From Pseudogymnoascus verrucosus (Eukaryota), in assembly GCA_001662655.1 (NCBI GenBank), contig KV460230.1: DNA of 64,000 nt; one strand, written 5' to 3'. The translations under genes were made by a program, and so were the position numbers. Numbering within the stretch: the stretch's first letter is position 1; each line of letters opens with the position of its first letter. The notes beneath the pieces were generated by a model, which saw nothing but the letters and a program-made list of their open reading frames with translations, searched no databases and had not been told where the DNA came from. This document shows, one piece after another, positions 11,435 to 25,219 of this stretch.

Positions 11435-14400
11435 TTAATTATTATTATCATAGTAGTCGTCCCTATAGCTGCTAGTGTTGCTATGCGCGTTCCACTGGCC
11501 CGCCTGTCTCTGCCTCCTCTCCTTCTCGAACTCGCCCCAGCGCTTCATGGTGATCTTGCTGCTGTCGAACTCGCCCTCGTACTCGATGCCGGCCTTCTTG
11601 GTCTTCTCGCCGGCCGTCTTGCGGGTATCTCCCCACGAGAAATCGTCAAACTTCCAGTAGGCGTAGACGGGGAGGACGAAGTTCCAGATGGGGAGGGAGA
11701 TCAAGTAGATTAACATCCAGACGACGTAGGACCACCTGTGGGCGGTGAGGACGATCAGGACGGCGGGGAGACCGAGGATTAGACCGAGAAGGACGAGGGG
11801 AATGACTTGGACGGGTTTCTTGACGATGGATACGACGACTGTTTTATAGTTAGCACTTGCTTTTGGGGGCTGTAGGAATTAGGGGAAAACTTACCGACGT
11901 AGATAGTGAAAGCAATAGCAGCGGGCAGAACAAGTGTTCCGACCAAATCGATGAACACCACGAACTGCATACTGAAGCAGAAAGTACCACAGAGATCTCT
12001 GACAAGAACCAGTTCCATCAAGTTGTGGATGGTACTATTAATCCATCTACGTCTCTGAGACAACAATACCGAAAATTCCTCAGGAACAGTAGTTTTGCAT
12101 ACGGCCTGTGGGACAAAGACTTGCTTGCGCTTGGGGAAAGTCCTGAGCATGAGCGTCGAGAGGTAACGATCTTCACCAAGTAACAACAAGTTCTTCTTGT
12201 GCAGTGTATCAACCACGTTCTCGGAGTAGTGCTCGACGACATCGGGGTTGGCGAGGATAGGAACCCAGTAGTTCTGTCCACCCTTGGGTGCCTTGATTCT
12301 GTACATACTGAAACATCCGGGGAGACAAGTAACACCACCAAAGACGGACTCGAAAGATTTAGAGAGATGATGCGAGATGAAATATTCGAAGACTTGGATG
12401 GCTGTAACCCAAGAGACTCTCTTGTTTGCAATCTTCGTCTCACCACACAGTCCCATGATCTCTGGATCCTTGACCATGGCGGAAATCATGTGAGTTAAGC
12501 TGTCGGGGAAGACCTTGGTATCGGCATCAACCATCAGCACGACCTCGAAGAAGTCCGGTGACATCCCAGTTATTTTCCATAAGGCGTTGAACATCTCGAA
12601 CTCGAGCTCCGTCATGCGCTCATCGAACATAACCTTCTGGAGGAAAGACATGAGAATAATTTGCGAGTCACGCTTCCCTCTGTTTCCAGGCTTGCTCTTC
12701 GATGCTTCATCGGGGGTTCCGCACTTAACAAGACACATCATAGGCACTCTCTGTTGACGATCCAAAGGAATTGCCGAGTCGGCGCCATAATCGTAGAATC
12801 CAGAGTATACCTTTGCCATGTTGTGACGTTTCGATCCACTTGCAACGGCGACGTAGCTGAAGGCGGGAACATCCTCAGGCAGCACAGAGTGATCCTTCAT
12901 CATGCCCAAGACAATTTCAGGGGTAGAGTGTAGCTCGCCCTTTCCTTTGATCATACCATCACAGATAACGAGTATCATCTTGTGGCTGTTGGGGTAATCG
13001 GTTGTCGCTACAGAGTCGAGTGTGGTTCTAATACCCTGCTCACCTTCCGAGTAAGCAGTGACAAGGCAGATCGCGTGTGCAAGAGGATATCCAAATGGTT
13101 GCCACTCAGGAGGAGGCTGAGGCACGACAGCTTCATGAATGAAGCCAGCAGGGCCTGGCCCGTCGCCTGAAACGTCGCTCATAACACCGCCATCCGGGTT
13201 CGAATTAGGGAAGCTCATTCGGCTATCGTTTTGGCCTCTATACATCGGGTTTGGCGGGAATAGCTGAGCTGCTGAGTTCTGGCTTGCCATGGTCGTCGGT
13301 GCCGGTCGTGGTCCTGACTTCTCTCCATTTAGTGTATAAGGGCTTGTGAAGCGAGACGTGGTTGGAAGGAACATGCTGCTGGCACGTCTGCTATTTCTGT
13401 CCGAGGAACCAGCAACAGTGCTGCCGGGGTCTCCCGCAATGCGGGGAGGGGCGCGATAGATGTCGTTTGACCACTCTTCGATCTGCTTGTTACGCTTCTT
13501 TGGGTCCGAAGATTGCGAAGTCTTACTGGCCGCATATCTGCGGCTCAAGAACCACTGGAAGTAGAGAGCCAGGACGAATTTCGCTCCAACAATAGAGATG
13601 ATAAAAGCGAGCGCTACATAAAGCACCACTTGGGACGCGATACAGCCAATTGTTTCGGTATCGACGCTTCCAACTTTGATGATCTGTTCTAAACATTCGG
13701 CAAGTTCCTTATCTCCGGAGGCTTGGAATTTATGTGTTATGTCTCTACCTCTGATTCCTTGGTTCAGGGTGGTAGCCTTGTTGCTGAGGTCGACGAAAAT
13801 TCGAGGGACAGTAACTTGAGACCCATTAAACCATTTCAGAAGATCGAAGTCCAACACATTCCCAGAGTAGACAGCCAAATTCCTTGTCCCATTGTTGATA
13901 TCATCCCAGGTGTAGTAGACATCCCCAGCAGAGTGCATGCCATAGAACTTATCTCGTCCCTCTTGGGTGGTATGGCATTGCCAGCCAAGGTAGGGTCCGA
14001 AGGTCTTATTTTTAGGATCACTGGAGCCGTCCTGGTTCAGAACGTTGCAAGGGAAGTACCAACCAAGGTTTCCCTGGTCATCACTTGGAACGTCGGATCC
14101 CTCTGACTTTGAGATCAAGCCTTTGCACTTTCCGTTGACGTTTTGGAAAAGAAAACTGCCGTCCATTCCTCCATGACTTTCAGGCACGTACAAGATGTTT
14201 GCCCGTTCTGGAATACCCATGGCGGCAGGATGATGAGACCCCAATAAATTATATGCCTTTCCATGGAAGATCATATATCCTTTGTCGACCTCATTTACAC
14301 GGAGTCGGGTTGGTGGGTTACCACACACCGTGGCAGTGAATCCAAACGTGAGGAAGCCGACAAAGGCCATGACCATGAGAATAATGCTGATAAGTCCCAT

Positions 14401-15123
14401 CTTCTCTCTCCATGCTCTCTGTTGCTCCTTCGCAGGCTTTCCGAAGCACCTCAGAATAAAATCAGGGCACCAGAATGTGACGATCGAGCAATACACGTTC
14501 CACAAACTAGGCGGCTTGAGGACTTCTGCGTCCCTCTGGCGGCGTCTCTCTTCTCTTGTCTGCTTCCTCGACTTGTTTGTGCCACGAGTCAGCTTTGAGG
14601 ATTTATGGTCCTTTTCGAAGTTGCCGGCCTCTGAACCCTGCATCGTCCCCTGAGACTCAAGGGGCGATGGAGAGCCGTAGGGGCCATCCCGAGAACTGCG
14701 CTGATCCGGCTCGCCCCTCCCGCCATTTATATCCCCTCGATCTTGATCTTCCAGAATCGGGTCGTTGCCTGTAGTCGAAGGCAAAACTGTCATATTCGCC
14801 GCATGCTGGCGGTAATAGTAGTTTGGGTGATCGCGGTCGATGCGGTTTCTCTCAGGACGGATCAAGCTTCGCTTGCGTTGGAAATCTTGTGCACCTGGAG
14901 TTGCGGGGCTAGGGGTATGAGGCGCGCGAGTATCAGCGGGAGATCCAGTTCGTTCTGTGCGATGTTGTCTTGTCCGTCTAGATGTTGGAGATTGCGCATC
15001 TTGCCCAGCATATCCAGCCTCAGCGTCTTGTGATTGCTGAGGGCGCCCGGTGGAGCTTCTATACGAAGTTCGCCGTTGTTGCGGGGAGAGATCGCCGGCC
15101 CCAGGTCTCTGGGGTAGGGACAT
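11435..15123 (-). CDS. CHS3: Class IV chitin synthase (yeast Chs3 type); intron 11839-11894
   Basis: AWREKMGL, cytochrome-b5-like region, [51 protein letters not shown]. Confidence 0.95.
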
Positions 15124-15139
15124 ATTGCTGTTCTAGAAC

Positions 15140-15331
15140 CTGTTAATGAAACCAGTCAGTATAAATCTTCCAGCAACAATCTCCCAGTGTCTGGTGTCAA
15201 GTTCCAGCCCCCAAGACCCTCCGGGCAGTCCCCGAATGCTCGTATTTGTTGTCGGAGAGTCGCAGCGTGGTATATATGCGAGAATACCAAAAAGAACCAA
15301 ACATATCACTTGAATCTGGGAGAGAACATAC
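15140..15331 (-). other. Probable 5'-UTR intron of the chitin synthase gene
   Basis: Minus strand GTATGT donor at 15331, CTGAC branch point and TAACAG acceptor ending 16 nt before the ATG; the donor choice is uncertain. Confidence 0.45.
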
Positions 15332-15973
15332 TGTAACTGCAAAATGCGTATGACGCTCTTCGAGTTGTTGTTTGTTATGGTCCAGGGCGGCCTCGCGGGT
15401 GTTCCTTGGTCGACCAGGGGTTCAAGATCCGGGTGTCCCTTGTGTTCAGCAAAACCCTTCCTAAACCCGTCTTCAGGAGATGTGTAAGTCGACTCGTAAA
15501 TCGGAGTTGGTGTCTTTTTGACGAATATTAAGTGCTGAAAGAGATCGTAACAGTTTCGATAGTACAGTGAGAAAGAAGAGCGATGCGCGTTTTACAACAG
15601 GCTATGGCGAAAAAGGGACACGAGCGAGTCGTAACAGCAACCTCAAGAATGGCAGAACGAGGCCTTCAAACGAATGCAGAGGCCGTGAAAGGCTCAATAA
15701 GAAATCGTAACGAAGTCGGGCATTGAAGTAATATGTCCTCCCAGCATGCGAAGATGCGGGATAGCGAGCGACGGTGATGGTGGAAAGGTTGACGGTGGTG
15801 AGCGATGGTCAATGGCGGCGAGGTGGTCGACGATTTACTCGTCGTACAATACAAATTTGGTCGTGTTGTGCATAAACGGGGATACGAGACGGTATAGTGG
15901 ATAGCGGCCGTATAGTTGTGACCGTAGCTCAACACATCAGTACGCGCTGCTCAGTGTATTATTATGCACACCA

Positions 15974-15989
15974 CCACACACACACACAC
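15974..15989. repeat. (CA)n microsatellite
   Basis: cacacacacacacaca. Confidence 0.75.
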
Positions 15990-18982
15990 AAGGGAAGGTA
16001 CTTAAAAACAATATGGTAAAGTACTGTGACAACTAGCAACGGGCGGATTAAGTGCATGTACCTTTCTTTTTCTTTGGTATGGCCACAGCTATGGTGGGAT
16101 GGCACGGCGCGTTCCCATGGGCTCTGAAAATAAAATCCAGTGCAGTATATAGTGGCGGTATGGGCCACTGTCTCACACCGTGTCTTGCCTCCAAGCCATT
16201 AGAGTTTAGACCCTGTGCAAGCCCTAGAACAAATGCTACTTGGGGAGCAAGTGCGCGCACCATCATTCCCACCACTCACTAACATAAATCCCATCCATGA
16301 GCCTGACCTGAGTCCCGTTAACCCCGTTATACAGTATATTGCGCTACAGTGCCCGGCCAACTGGCCCCCCTTGTTGACCCAACTGTGTACCAGACGGTAC
16401 TGAAACCCACTGACAGGAACCTTTCTGTCCTTCTGGATGTACAGTACCGAACTTCCACAGGGGACACACTGGCACCACTACGAGCTTATCATTGGCTAAA
16501 TACACCACTAACTAGGGGCTGGATGCTATTTGCGGCCCTTTGTCCTCATTAGTCGATTAGTAGTGCCATGTTTTGCCCAGGAATTCATCCCCCCCTTCTA
16601 ACGGAGTTGAGCTAGTAACATCGTGATGACGATCTTCCGGTCTGAATATGTAGTCCTTTTCTGTAAATACACGTCAATGAAAGGTAACAGAAGATCGTGG
16701 CTGATATTTCACCTCAAGCCGCCCAAGCCCATATATGTAATGCTTGACATCCGTCACTCGACCAGCGTGGCCATGTTACACTTGTGTTGAGGCTCTTGTG
16801 CGATATGTCTGGGCAGGCTTCCAGCCTGATAGCTTTGATACCGGGCTAACGACTTGGAGCTGAACCGTCCCACGGGCCCATCCTCATCATAGCACTGGCC
16901 ATAGAAGTCGTAATTTCGTCTCAGAAGATTATCGGCATTGTTCTCAAACACTTCGATTTTCGCCCCCCGGATATATACCACCTAGAGGCGCCAGCAGGAT
17001 TGTACTGCCTTTGCCTCTGTTGGCATTGTTTCTATTTTGAGGCAAAACCCCTCGATTGGGCCAACAAGTGGCGTGCCATCCTTCGAGGAACAGGAGGATC
17101 TCGTATGGACCGGAGATCCTTGTGTGCGGCTACCCGATGGTCCGTTCCCTAACACCCTCTACTTGGCACGTCTCGCGTCGAAGCGCATTATTTAACTCAT
17201 GGTGCCCATCATCATAGCAAGCTCCGATCCGCACTTTGCGTTCTTTCTGGGTAGCTGAACCCTATGATGTGCTGCATGTCGCTACAGATGCAGAGGCAAC
17301 ATCACGAGGCGGGATGGCGGAGCGGGGTGTGGGGTGGCCAAAAAAAACACGGTGCCGCTTCAGCGATGAGATTGATGTCTTTCCCGTTGTTTTTGCTGGT
17401 TACACCCCTATAAAAAGTCTCAATATTCGTCTCAATCAGGCCACATGAAACCCCAAAAGAGGACCTCGCGCCTCATTTAGACGAAGATGACGGAATATTC
17501 GGTCTTGGCACCTGGTCATCCGAATCTCCGTACCGGATCTTCTGTCGGCTTCATCATTTCAGAATGCTACCAGCAACCCACACCGCTAGCCTAGCTGGGG
17601 GGTTCCTGTACCACTGTGGGGTTTCGATGGTTCGATGAGGTCTCCATCGATGCCTCCACAGGTGACGATTTAAAGGATGATCCAAAAAAGGCGATCTTCT
17701 TTTGCATACTGTGCTTTCTGAGACCTTCCCAAGCCCGTTAGAAAGTGAATTGTTTTAGCTCCGTGAGACTGAGAGGGCAAAACAGGTATGCGGATGCTAA
17801 GTTTCAAAGCCTATAGTATAGAGGCATTTGCGAGGGTGATTTTTTTCTGCCGTCTCGGGCACCACGGAAATGGGTCGTGATTAAAGCGGCACTTGGGATA
17901 CAGTAGTTCGGCGTTGGTTGCTCCCGCTATTATAATTGTCTTGGAAGGAACCCCACCCCACCATGGGCCCTGTCTTTCCACGCTGGTCCCCAGGGGTCTC
18001 CCGTCAAAAATCAACACCCTCGTCGCCCTCCGCTCTTGCCAACGGAGTTAGCATGTCGCTTCAATTTTCTCTCTTCGTATAACAAAAAACCATATTTGCC
18101 GCTCTACCCCCCTCCCCCCCATCTCTTTCTCTAACTCCAATTCCCTGTCGCCATCTCTGACCGGTGAACTTTCTCAGTTTTGCTCTGTGATGCAAGTCAG
18201 CAAAGTACCCCGTAAGCACATTGTAGCCGCAGACTCCGCCCTGGGGCGGATTAAGCAATGGATGAGGAGGAATACAGTACATAGAAGTTATAAGTGGGAC
18301 ATAATCATACCTTCTCTGGCTCGAGATGACTGTAGCTTTCGTAAGACGACGTGGAAAGCCTTACAGTAAGGCACCAGAGGCACCAGAGGCGCTGGAGACG
18401 CCGCTCAGCCAGTGAACCTGAGCCGCCTGTGGGTTATTACTGGAGTGGTTGAAGCCAAATTCCCACATATTGAGGCCGCCAAGCCCTTATTCAGCCCGTT
18501 GGTGCGTTTTTGTGGCTTTTTTTTATGCTGGCGCCTTTATGCTGTCATACATATTTTCGTAGAGTTTCTATTCGGTATGCAGAGTAGCAGATCAATAGAA
18601 GCACAGAATCGAAAGCGTGGACACCACGGACAACATCAGCGCCTCGGCGGCGCTGACATGAATTCGCAATTTGGGTGGTTAAAAGTGTGCCTGGGATGTT
18701 GATGATTGGTCAAAGACAGCCATCTGCCTTGTCGCCACTATGCTTAACTGTTACTGGATGTGGAGGAGCGGGCAGAGGAAGTGTAGAGGAAGTGCAGAGT
18801 GTGCCCAGAGAATGCCCAGAGAGGTCTGCAGCTCCTGGGTGGATGGCAGTTGAAGTACTAGCAAATACTTCTGGGCGTACGTCTGGTACGCCCAGGTACA
18901 AGTCTTCTTAGCCCTTGCAAGTACGAGCATCATGTATTCGAGTACGAGAGAGGAGAAGATGGTACGTACTGCACCAGACATA

Positions 18983-19040
18983 ACTCCACTCCACTCCACT
19001 CCACCTCCACTGTCTGCCTCTCAACCTCCAAACTCTCCAT
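18983..19040. repeat. (ACTCC)n pentamer repeat followed by a (CT)n tract, upstream of the chitin synthase activator
   Basis: actccactccactccactccacctccact ... tctctctctctctct. Confidence 0.65.
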
Positions 19041-19710
19041 CTTGTCTCTCTCTCTCTCTGATCTCCTCCTCCATTGTCAGCCTCTTCTATTCCTATATTC
19101 ACTCGCTCGCTCTTCCTATTAACCAGCTGTGCTTTTTCTCTCACTCTCGCTCCTCTGAAGACGCGCGACGACACGGGCACTTGGCTGAATCACTCCTCCC
19201 TCCATCCTGAGAATCCTGGGATCCCCCCGATAATTCCACGAAAACCCCCCCTCACCTACAATCGCGCGGGACAAACATACAAACTTCGAAAGAGATGTTT
19301 TCGCTCTAACACCAAACTTGAATTTGTAGAATTATTGTCGATTGCGAGCCCTCAGTCCTCTCTTGGGATATATATAGCTTGTAGGTGATGCTCCAGCGGC
19401 GTCCTGGAATGCAGCTAACAAGCATCCGTCACCAGCAGCCTGAGACACTCGTTACTGGCGTCTGTAAACGTCTTCTTGTCGAACTATTTGGCTTTGTTGA
19501 GAAGTAGCACGAATCTCGGATTTCGTTGACGGAACGACCCCGAGAAAAGCCCCGCAACTGCCGCTCGAACCCCCAAACAACAAATATCTGTGCGGTTGGG
19601 CAAAGGTCCGAGCTGCTCAGATCAGTCTGCAGATATAGGGCAGAGTCTGCCTTCGCCAGGGTTTCTGAGGCCCATTAAGCAAGGGGTTTAAACGAAAGGA
19701 GGGGAACACC

Positions 19711-22001
19711 ATGGCGTCAATACTAGCGGATGTCAATAATCCAGCCGAATATATACCACGGCAACAACCATCCCCAGGAAAACAACGGATGATGGACTAT
19801 GGATCGGCGGATAGCTCAAAAGAGAACAGCGGAGACGAGAAGCCTCAAGCCGTTATACCCATGCAGTCCCAAGGCCGATTGTACGATGCTCCATTATCCC
19901 CAGTAACGATCAACTTCCAGTCGGAATGGGCAAGACCTTCCACAGCACAGATTGAAACAGTGGGCACACAATTACAAGAGAATAACGGCAGCAATCAAAC
20001 ATCGGAATCGTCGAGGTATGAGAATACAGACTCAGAGGCAACCGTTCATGATGTTGCAAAACGGAGGCAATATGGCTCCCATATTGTGGGGAGCCGCCAT
20101 GGATCACAACATGGCATATTGTCCAATATTGAGAGCACAGCTTATGCGTCATCTTCCAGCGGCCCTGTGAAGGATGATAGGGAGCAGGCACAAAGTGCCC
20201 CAGTTTCTGATGCAAGCAGCACATCTTCTGGGAACAATGTCCAGGCAGCTCCTCCACTACAATACCACCATATGCAGAGGCGATCAGATGATTCCGGAAA
20301 GCTTGGCTTTGGCCAGGGGAATGAACTCTCTGTAGGAAATGGGGACAATGGAGCTAACATTAACCGCCACCTAACACCGTCGTCAAATTACGGAGGACGA
20401 CGCTCATATATTCAGCGTCCTGCCTCGGCTTACTCTGTTAATTCGGACTATGGTGCAAGGGGCCGTTCTCCTATTGTGCTTTCTCAGTCGCCCAGTTGGT
20501 CAGGGCGTGCTCTATCCGCGCACTCTGGAACACCAGATGGTAGTCGCCCAGCTTCGTATATCGACCTGTTAAATGCGCCGTACCCTCAACCCCCGCCAGT
20601 TCCTCATGCAATGTTTGACAACTCGGGGCTCCGGTCTGCGGTTGGCTCTAATGCCTCGCTTCTTAGTACCCAGAAGACACTCGAGATGTACCGACTGAAT
20701 GTGAAGAAAACGAATGATGCTCAGACCCAATATGCATTTGCTCTCCTATTAATCGACGCGGCGCGAGAAATCGGCCTTACCGAACCCAACCCAGCAACTG
20801 GAAAGCAAAGCCCAAAGCTTGGCAGGGACCTGGAAAGCCCCTATGTTGAAACGGCTGCTTCTTCTTCACAAGATCTGCTCCGGGAAGCGCGTGCTATCCT
20901 TCAGAAGCTTGCTGACCGTAGCTACCCTTACGCTCAATACTATCTTGCAGATGGGTACGCCTCGGGCCTATTCAACAAGGGCAAGGAGGACTACGACCGT
21001 GCTTTCCCCCACTTCACCGCCGCAAGCAAGCATGGGCACGCAGAATCTGGGTACAGAGCTGCATTATGCTACGAGTTTGGCTGGGGTTGCCGCAAGGACC
21101 CTCAAAAGGCCGTGCAATATTACCGACAGTCGGCGTCGAAAAACCACCCCGGTGCTATGACACGACTTGGACGAGCGTGTCTTTCTGGAGACCTTGGCTT
21201 GAACAGGTATCGTGAAGGATTGAAATGGCTGAAGCGGGCCACAGACTCAGCAGATCCGCAATATAATGCTGCTCCATACCACCTAGGTCTGTTATACGAA
21301 ACTGGCTACGGAGACGACGTCTTCCAAGATGAGACGTATGCTGCTCAGCTTTTCACACAAGCAGCAGATTTGGGACACGCGGAAGCTTGTTACAAACTTG
21401 GAGATGCATATGAGCATGGGAAGCTATCCTGTCCTCGCGACCCTGCCCTGAGCGTCCATTTCTACACTGGCGCGGCACAGAAGGGACAAGCATCCGCAAT
21501 GATGGCCCTTTGCGCCTGGTACATGGTTGGAGCTGAGCCGATTCTGGAGAAAGATGAGAATGAGGCATATGAGTGGGCTCGTCGCGCTGCGGAATGCGGT
21601 AAGTACACCAGTCACTTGGATTTTAAAGGCCACTTACTAAACAATAACTTCTAGGCCTGACGAAAGCCGAGTACGCAGTCGGCTATTTTACAGAAATGGG
21701 CATCGGCTGCCGACGTGACCCTCTCGAGGCAAACGTCTGGTATGTGCGCGCTGCCGAGGCAGGCGACGAGAGAGCACAATACAGACTCGCAGCCATCAGA
21801 GCTGCGGCCAGCGGTGGGATTCCGATGGAAGTGGCCGAGCCAAAGACGAAGAAGGGGAAGAAGCTGCAGCAGCTACAAGCCAGGACGAGCAGTTTGGGCG
21901 TTCCAAATGGGCCTGCTACGCCAGGTCCTCAGGACTCGACCCCGCGAGGTCTCAGCACGGAGAGCCCTAAGAAGGACGACAAGGAGTGCGTGGTGATGTA
22001 A
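19711..22001 (+). CDS. SKT5: Chitin synthase activator (Chs4/Skt5 type) with SEL1-like repeats and C-terminal CaaX; intron 21599-21654
   Basis: TLEMYRLNVKK, YAQYYLADGY, ALCYEFGWGC, AMMALCAWYMVG, GYFTEMGIGC; ends ECVVM (CaaX). Confidence 0.92.
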
Positions 22002-22813
22002 GGGGAGTGTGACGGATAACAGAGCTGCTCCAAGGAGCAGACTTTCCACGGGGGGTAATTCTTTCATGGCGGGTTGGGAGGGGCAAGTGTCATTGGCGCT
22101 AGGTGGGGGATCTTTTTTGGGTTTTTGCAAGGTGCAGGGAGGGTTTCCACGCGAGATGGCATTCATCGTTGGCGCTTGCATGCGAATATGGCGCGACGTC
22201 GGGGAAAAAGAGGGAACAATTGTGCTTGAAAGGGGGAGAATGGGGGGCGCGAAGCAAATAATAGACGAGGCGCCTCGTTGATTGAAGACATGATTGAACG
22301 GCTTTGGGAGCTACTTAATATAGGACAGAGAGGAAAAAATAATATGAATGGATGACGAGGTTAATAGCCTTGCCTTAATTATGCTCTGCGTTTCTGAGAT
22401 GGCTGTGAATACGGTTGGTCTGAAGAAAAGGGGCGGGTTTCTCTCGTTCAATACCTATTAGCTATTTATAGTCTAGACACTTAACATCACTCTATCCTTA
22501 ATACCAGAGACTTAAGTTGTAGATTGTGATTTTCAGGGATTGCACAGAACGGTGACTTTTACCACACCGAGTTTCATCAGAAGCTGCTCTGGGAGCGAGG
22601 TAGTTTAACAGTCTGCAGATCACAACATAAAGTTCATATAATGACTGTATTGAGAGGCGCTAAATGATATATCCCACCCCATACGTTACGCTAAACTCCC
22701 CTTAAAAACCCAAACATAAAACTGTTATAACACCGCGCCAGGCGCTGCAACGTACCCCCCACCCAATCTCCCTCCCTATATCTCAAAAAATCAAACACCC
22801 ACCCACCCATCCC

Positions 22814-25219
22814 TCACAGCCCCCACGCATCATGCCCATGCACCGGACACCTCCCCGGCTTCCCCTCCCACCAACTCCTAATACACTTCTCATGGAACCG
22901 ACACAAACACTCCAGCCGCGCCATCTGCTCCCCGACTTCAAACTCCTCGAGACAGATCGTACATTCCGCGTCATCTACACAGTCTTTCTCCGTCGCTTTA
23001 TAAGGGAACATCCCCGTCCGCCGCGGCTCGGGTGAGAAGGAGGAAGATGGGTGGGCGAGGGGCGAGTGAGATGTCGAGCGCGTGTGTCCGAGGACCACGG
23101 CGGCGTGTTGCGCTTCGCGGAATGCCGTTCGGCCTTCGGGAGTGTTGGGGAAAGATGAGATGTCAGGAGCAGGCGGCTGCAAGTTGATGGCTTGGGCGAG
23201 GTTGAGATCGCCCTGAGACGACGCGGATGAGGTAGCTGAGTTGGGTGAGTTCGAGCGGAATTCTGGGGTAGATATGCTTGAAATCATAGTCGTAGCTGAT
23301 GGGCGTTCATGTCTCGCTGGAACGGTCGCGGGGGACTGCTGGCGAGGACGGCCGCTGTGGATCGCAATTTGCTCCTCGATGCACTCGGTGACGTGGTTTG
23401 AGCGCAAAGACTCGAAGTCAGGTAGGGTGCGGGAAGGGAGTTCGCGGTGGCAGACGGGGCATTCGTCTTCTTCGCGGATGCGGGGGATTGGAGGCAGAGG
23501 TCGGGATGTGTCGACTCCGGAGTTTGAGGGCTGGGGCTGCTGGGAGGAGAATGGGTCGAGTAGGGAGCGGTAGTGTGGTTGGGCGTTGCTGGGAGAACCG
23601 GTGGAAGACATTGAGAGGCTTTGGTGGCTCTGATGGCGGGGGCCGGGGAGATTTCGGTTTGGATAGCGACGTTGGTATGACGAGGGCCCTTGGTTCAAGT
23701 GGTGGGGCCCGGTGTAGGAAGAACCGCCGACGTACGAAGTCTAAAAGGAAAGTGAGTTAGTACTGAGTTAATAGTGATATTGACTATGCACCAAACTCAC
23801 CTGGCTGCTAGATCTTGGTGGGTAGGGACTTTGTGATAGCTGGCGCTGGTGACGGTGGGTAGCGCCTGTTGAGCTGACGGCACGGGATCTCACAGAAGCT
23901 GCACTGGCTTGGCGTTCTAGATTTTCCATGTCCTGTTCACCAAATGAATACGGACGGCTGTTGGAACTCAGGTAGTATGTCGGTGGTGCATCTCTCCAGC
24001 GTTCATCAGCCGCAGTACGCTGAGGCTGTGGTGGCAATGTGTTTGGATCCGGGACACAGGGGTTGCATAACCGGACTTTCGTGCCCCCAAACTGTGGGAG
24101 GTTATCTGTATCACGACCCGCCAGTGGCGCTATAGGAAGTGCTGTTGCCGGTCCAGATACAGGCGGCTGGACTATAAATTGGTACGGGATCGTTATGCGA
24201 TGAGGTGAACAACTAGCACAAACAACTCTTCCGCATTTCCTAGTCTGAATTAGTACGTCTTAACTTCTCTCCGCGCCTGTTAGGAATACTTGCCTACAAT
24301 GGTGCTTTCTGACAAAAAAACTGAACTGTGTTTGACAAATAGGGCAGTATGTCACCTCTGCATCAGGCTGCCATCGTGGGGGGCCAGTAGTATTGAGTGT
24401 AGCTTCATCGCCACCCGTGTCTTCTGTACTCGCTACAACCTCGTGCTCATCTCTCTGACTTGTTAACGGGCGTTCTTGCTCCACATCGGATTCGCTTCTT
24501 TGCACATCTCGAAGGTACCTGGTGGAGCAAACTGTTCCATCTAACTGGCCATTATCAATATTTTCAGCAGGAGCCGGACCCCCTATGTCTTCTGTCTCTA
24601 GGGTCTCCGGTTCGGCGGATATGGGCGATTGTGGAGGAATGTCGCCACTCTGATTCAGGGGTAGTGTTAAAATATCGGATTCCACGGGAGACTCATGACT
24701 ACTTGGTACGCCAGCTCCTGGGTCATCATCTCCTGGGTCATCATCGGTCACCGTTTGGGCCTGTATTTCCTCTTGGTTGCTTAACGACGGTGTTGATGAT
24801 GGCACGTTCGAAGTCGATGGCTGGCTTGCTGGGGGTGTTGGATCGGTTTGGATACCCAAGCTTTCATCTGCGAGGTTTGGCCTTTGCAGGGCGGAGCCAT
24901 CATCGTTTTGTGTATCCGTTATACTGGCAGGTTCAATATCCACCCTTATATGTTCGGTATCTGCACTGGCAATCGCTGGATCTTCCTCGTCCCCCCCTAT
25001 AGGCTCAGTATCTATATTGGCAGCCGCTGGATCTTCCTCATTCGGCATCAGGCCCCTCGGCTCCTCCTCTTCCGAGATATTTGGTTCGGCAATATCGATA
25101 ATCGGTGCTTGGGGCGGATCGGCCGAGCCTTCGTCGGCCTGTGTCGGTGACACCTGTAGTCCAGCTTCCCTAAACCTGCTGGTCTGATAGCGGGCTCGCA
25201 GCTCCGCCTCGCTAGTCAT
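22814..25219 (-). CDS. PIB1: FYVE plus C-terminal RING-H2 E3 ligase (Pib1-like); exons 25219-24294, 24239-23801, 23740-22814
   Basis: WQPDAEVTYCPIC..RKHHCRKCGRVVC..C..VRLCNPC (FYVE); ECTICLEEF..RLECLCRFHEKCIRSW..CPVH (RING). Confidence 0.9.

Noticed and set aside
15133..19388. Many 60-100 aa ORFs in the CHS/activator spacer
   Set aside because: Mostly GTG/TTG starts, no domain motifs and no coherent exon structure.
22462..22471. CTATTTATAG, matching the Rlm1/MEF2 consensus
   Set aside because: Lies between two convergent 3' ends in AT-rich sequence, not in a promoter.
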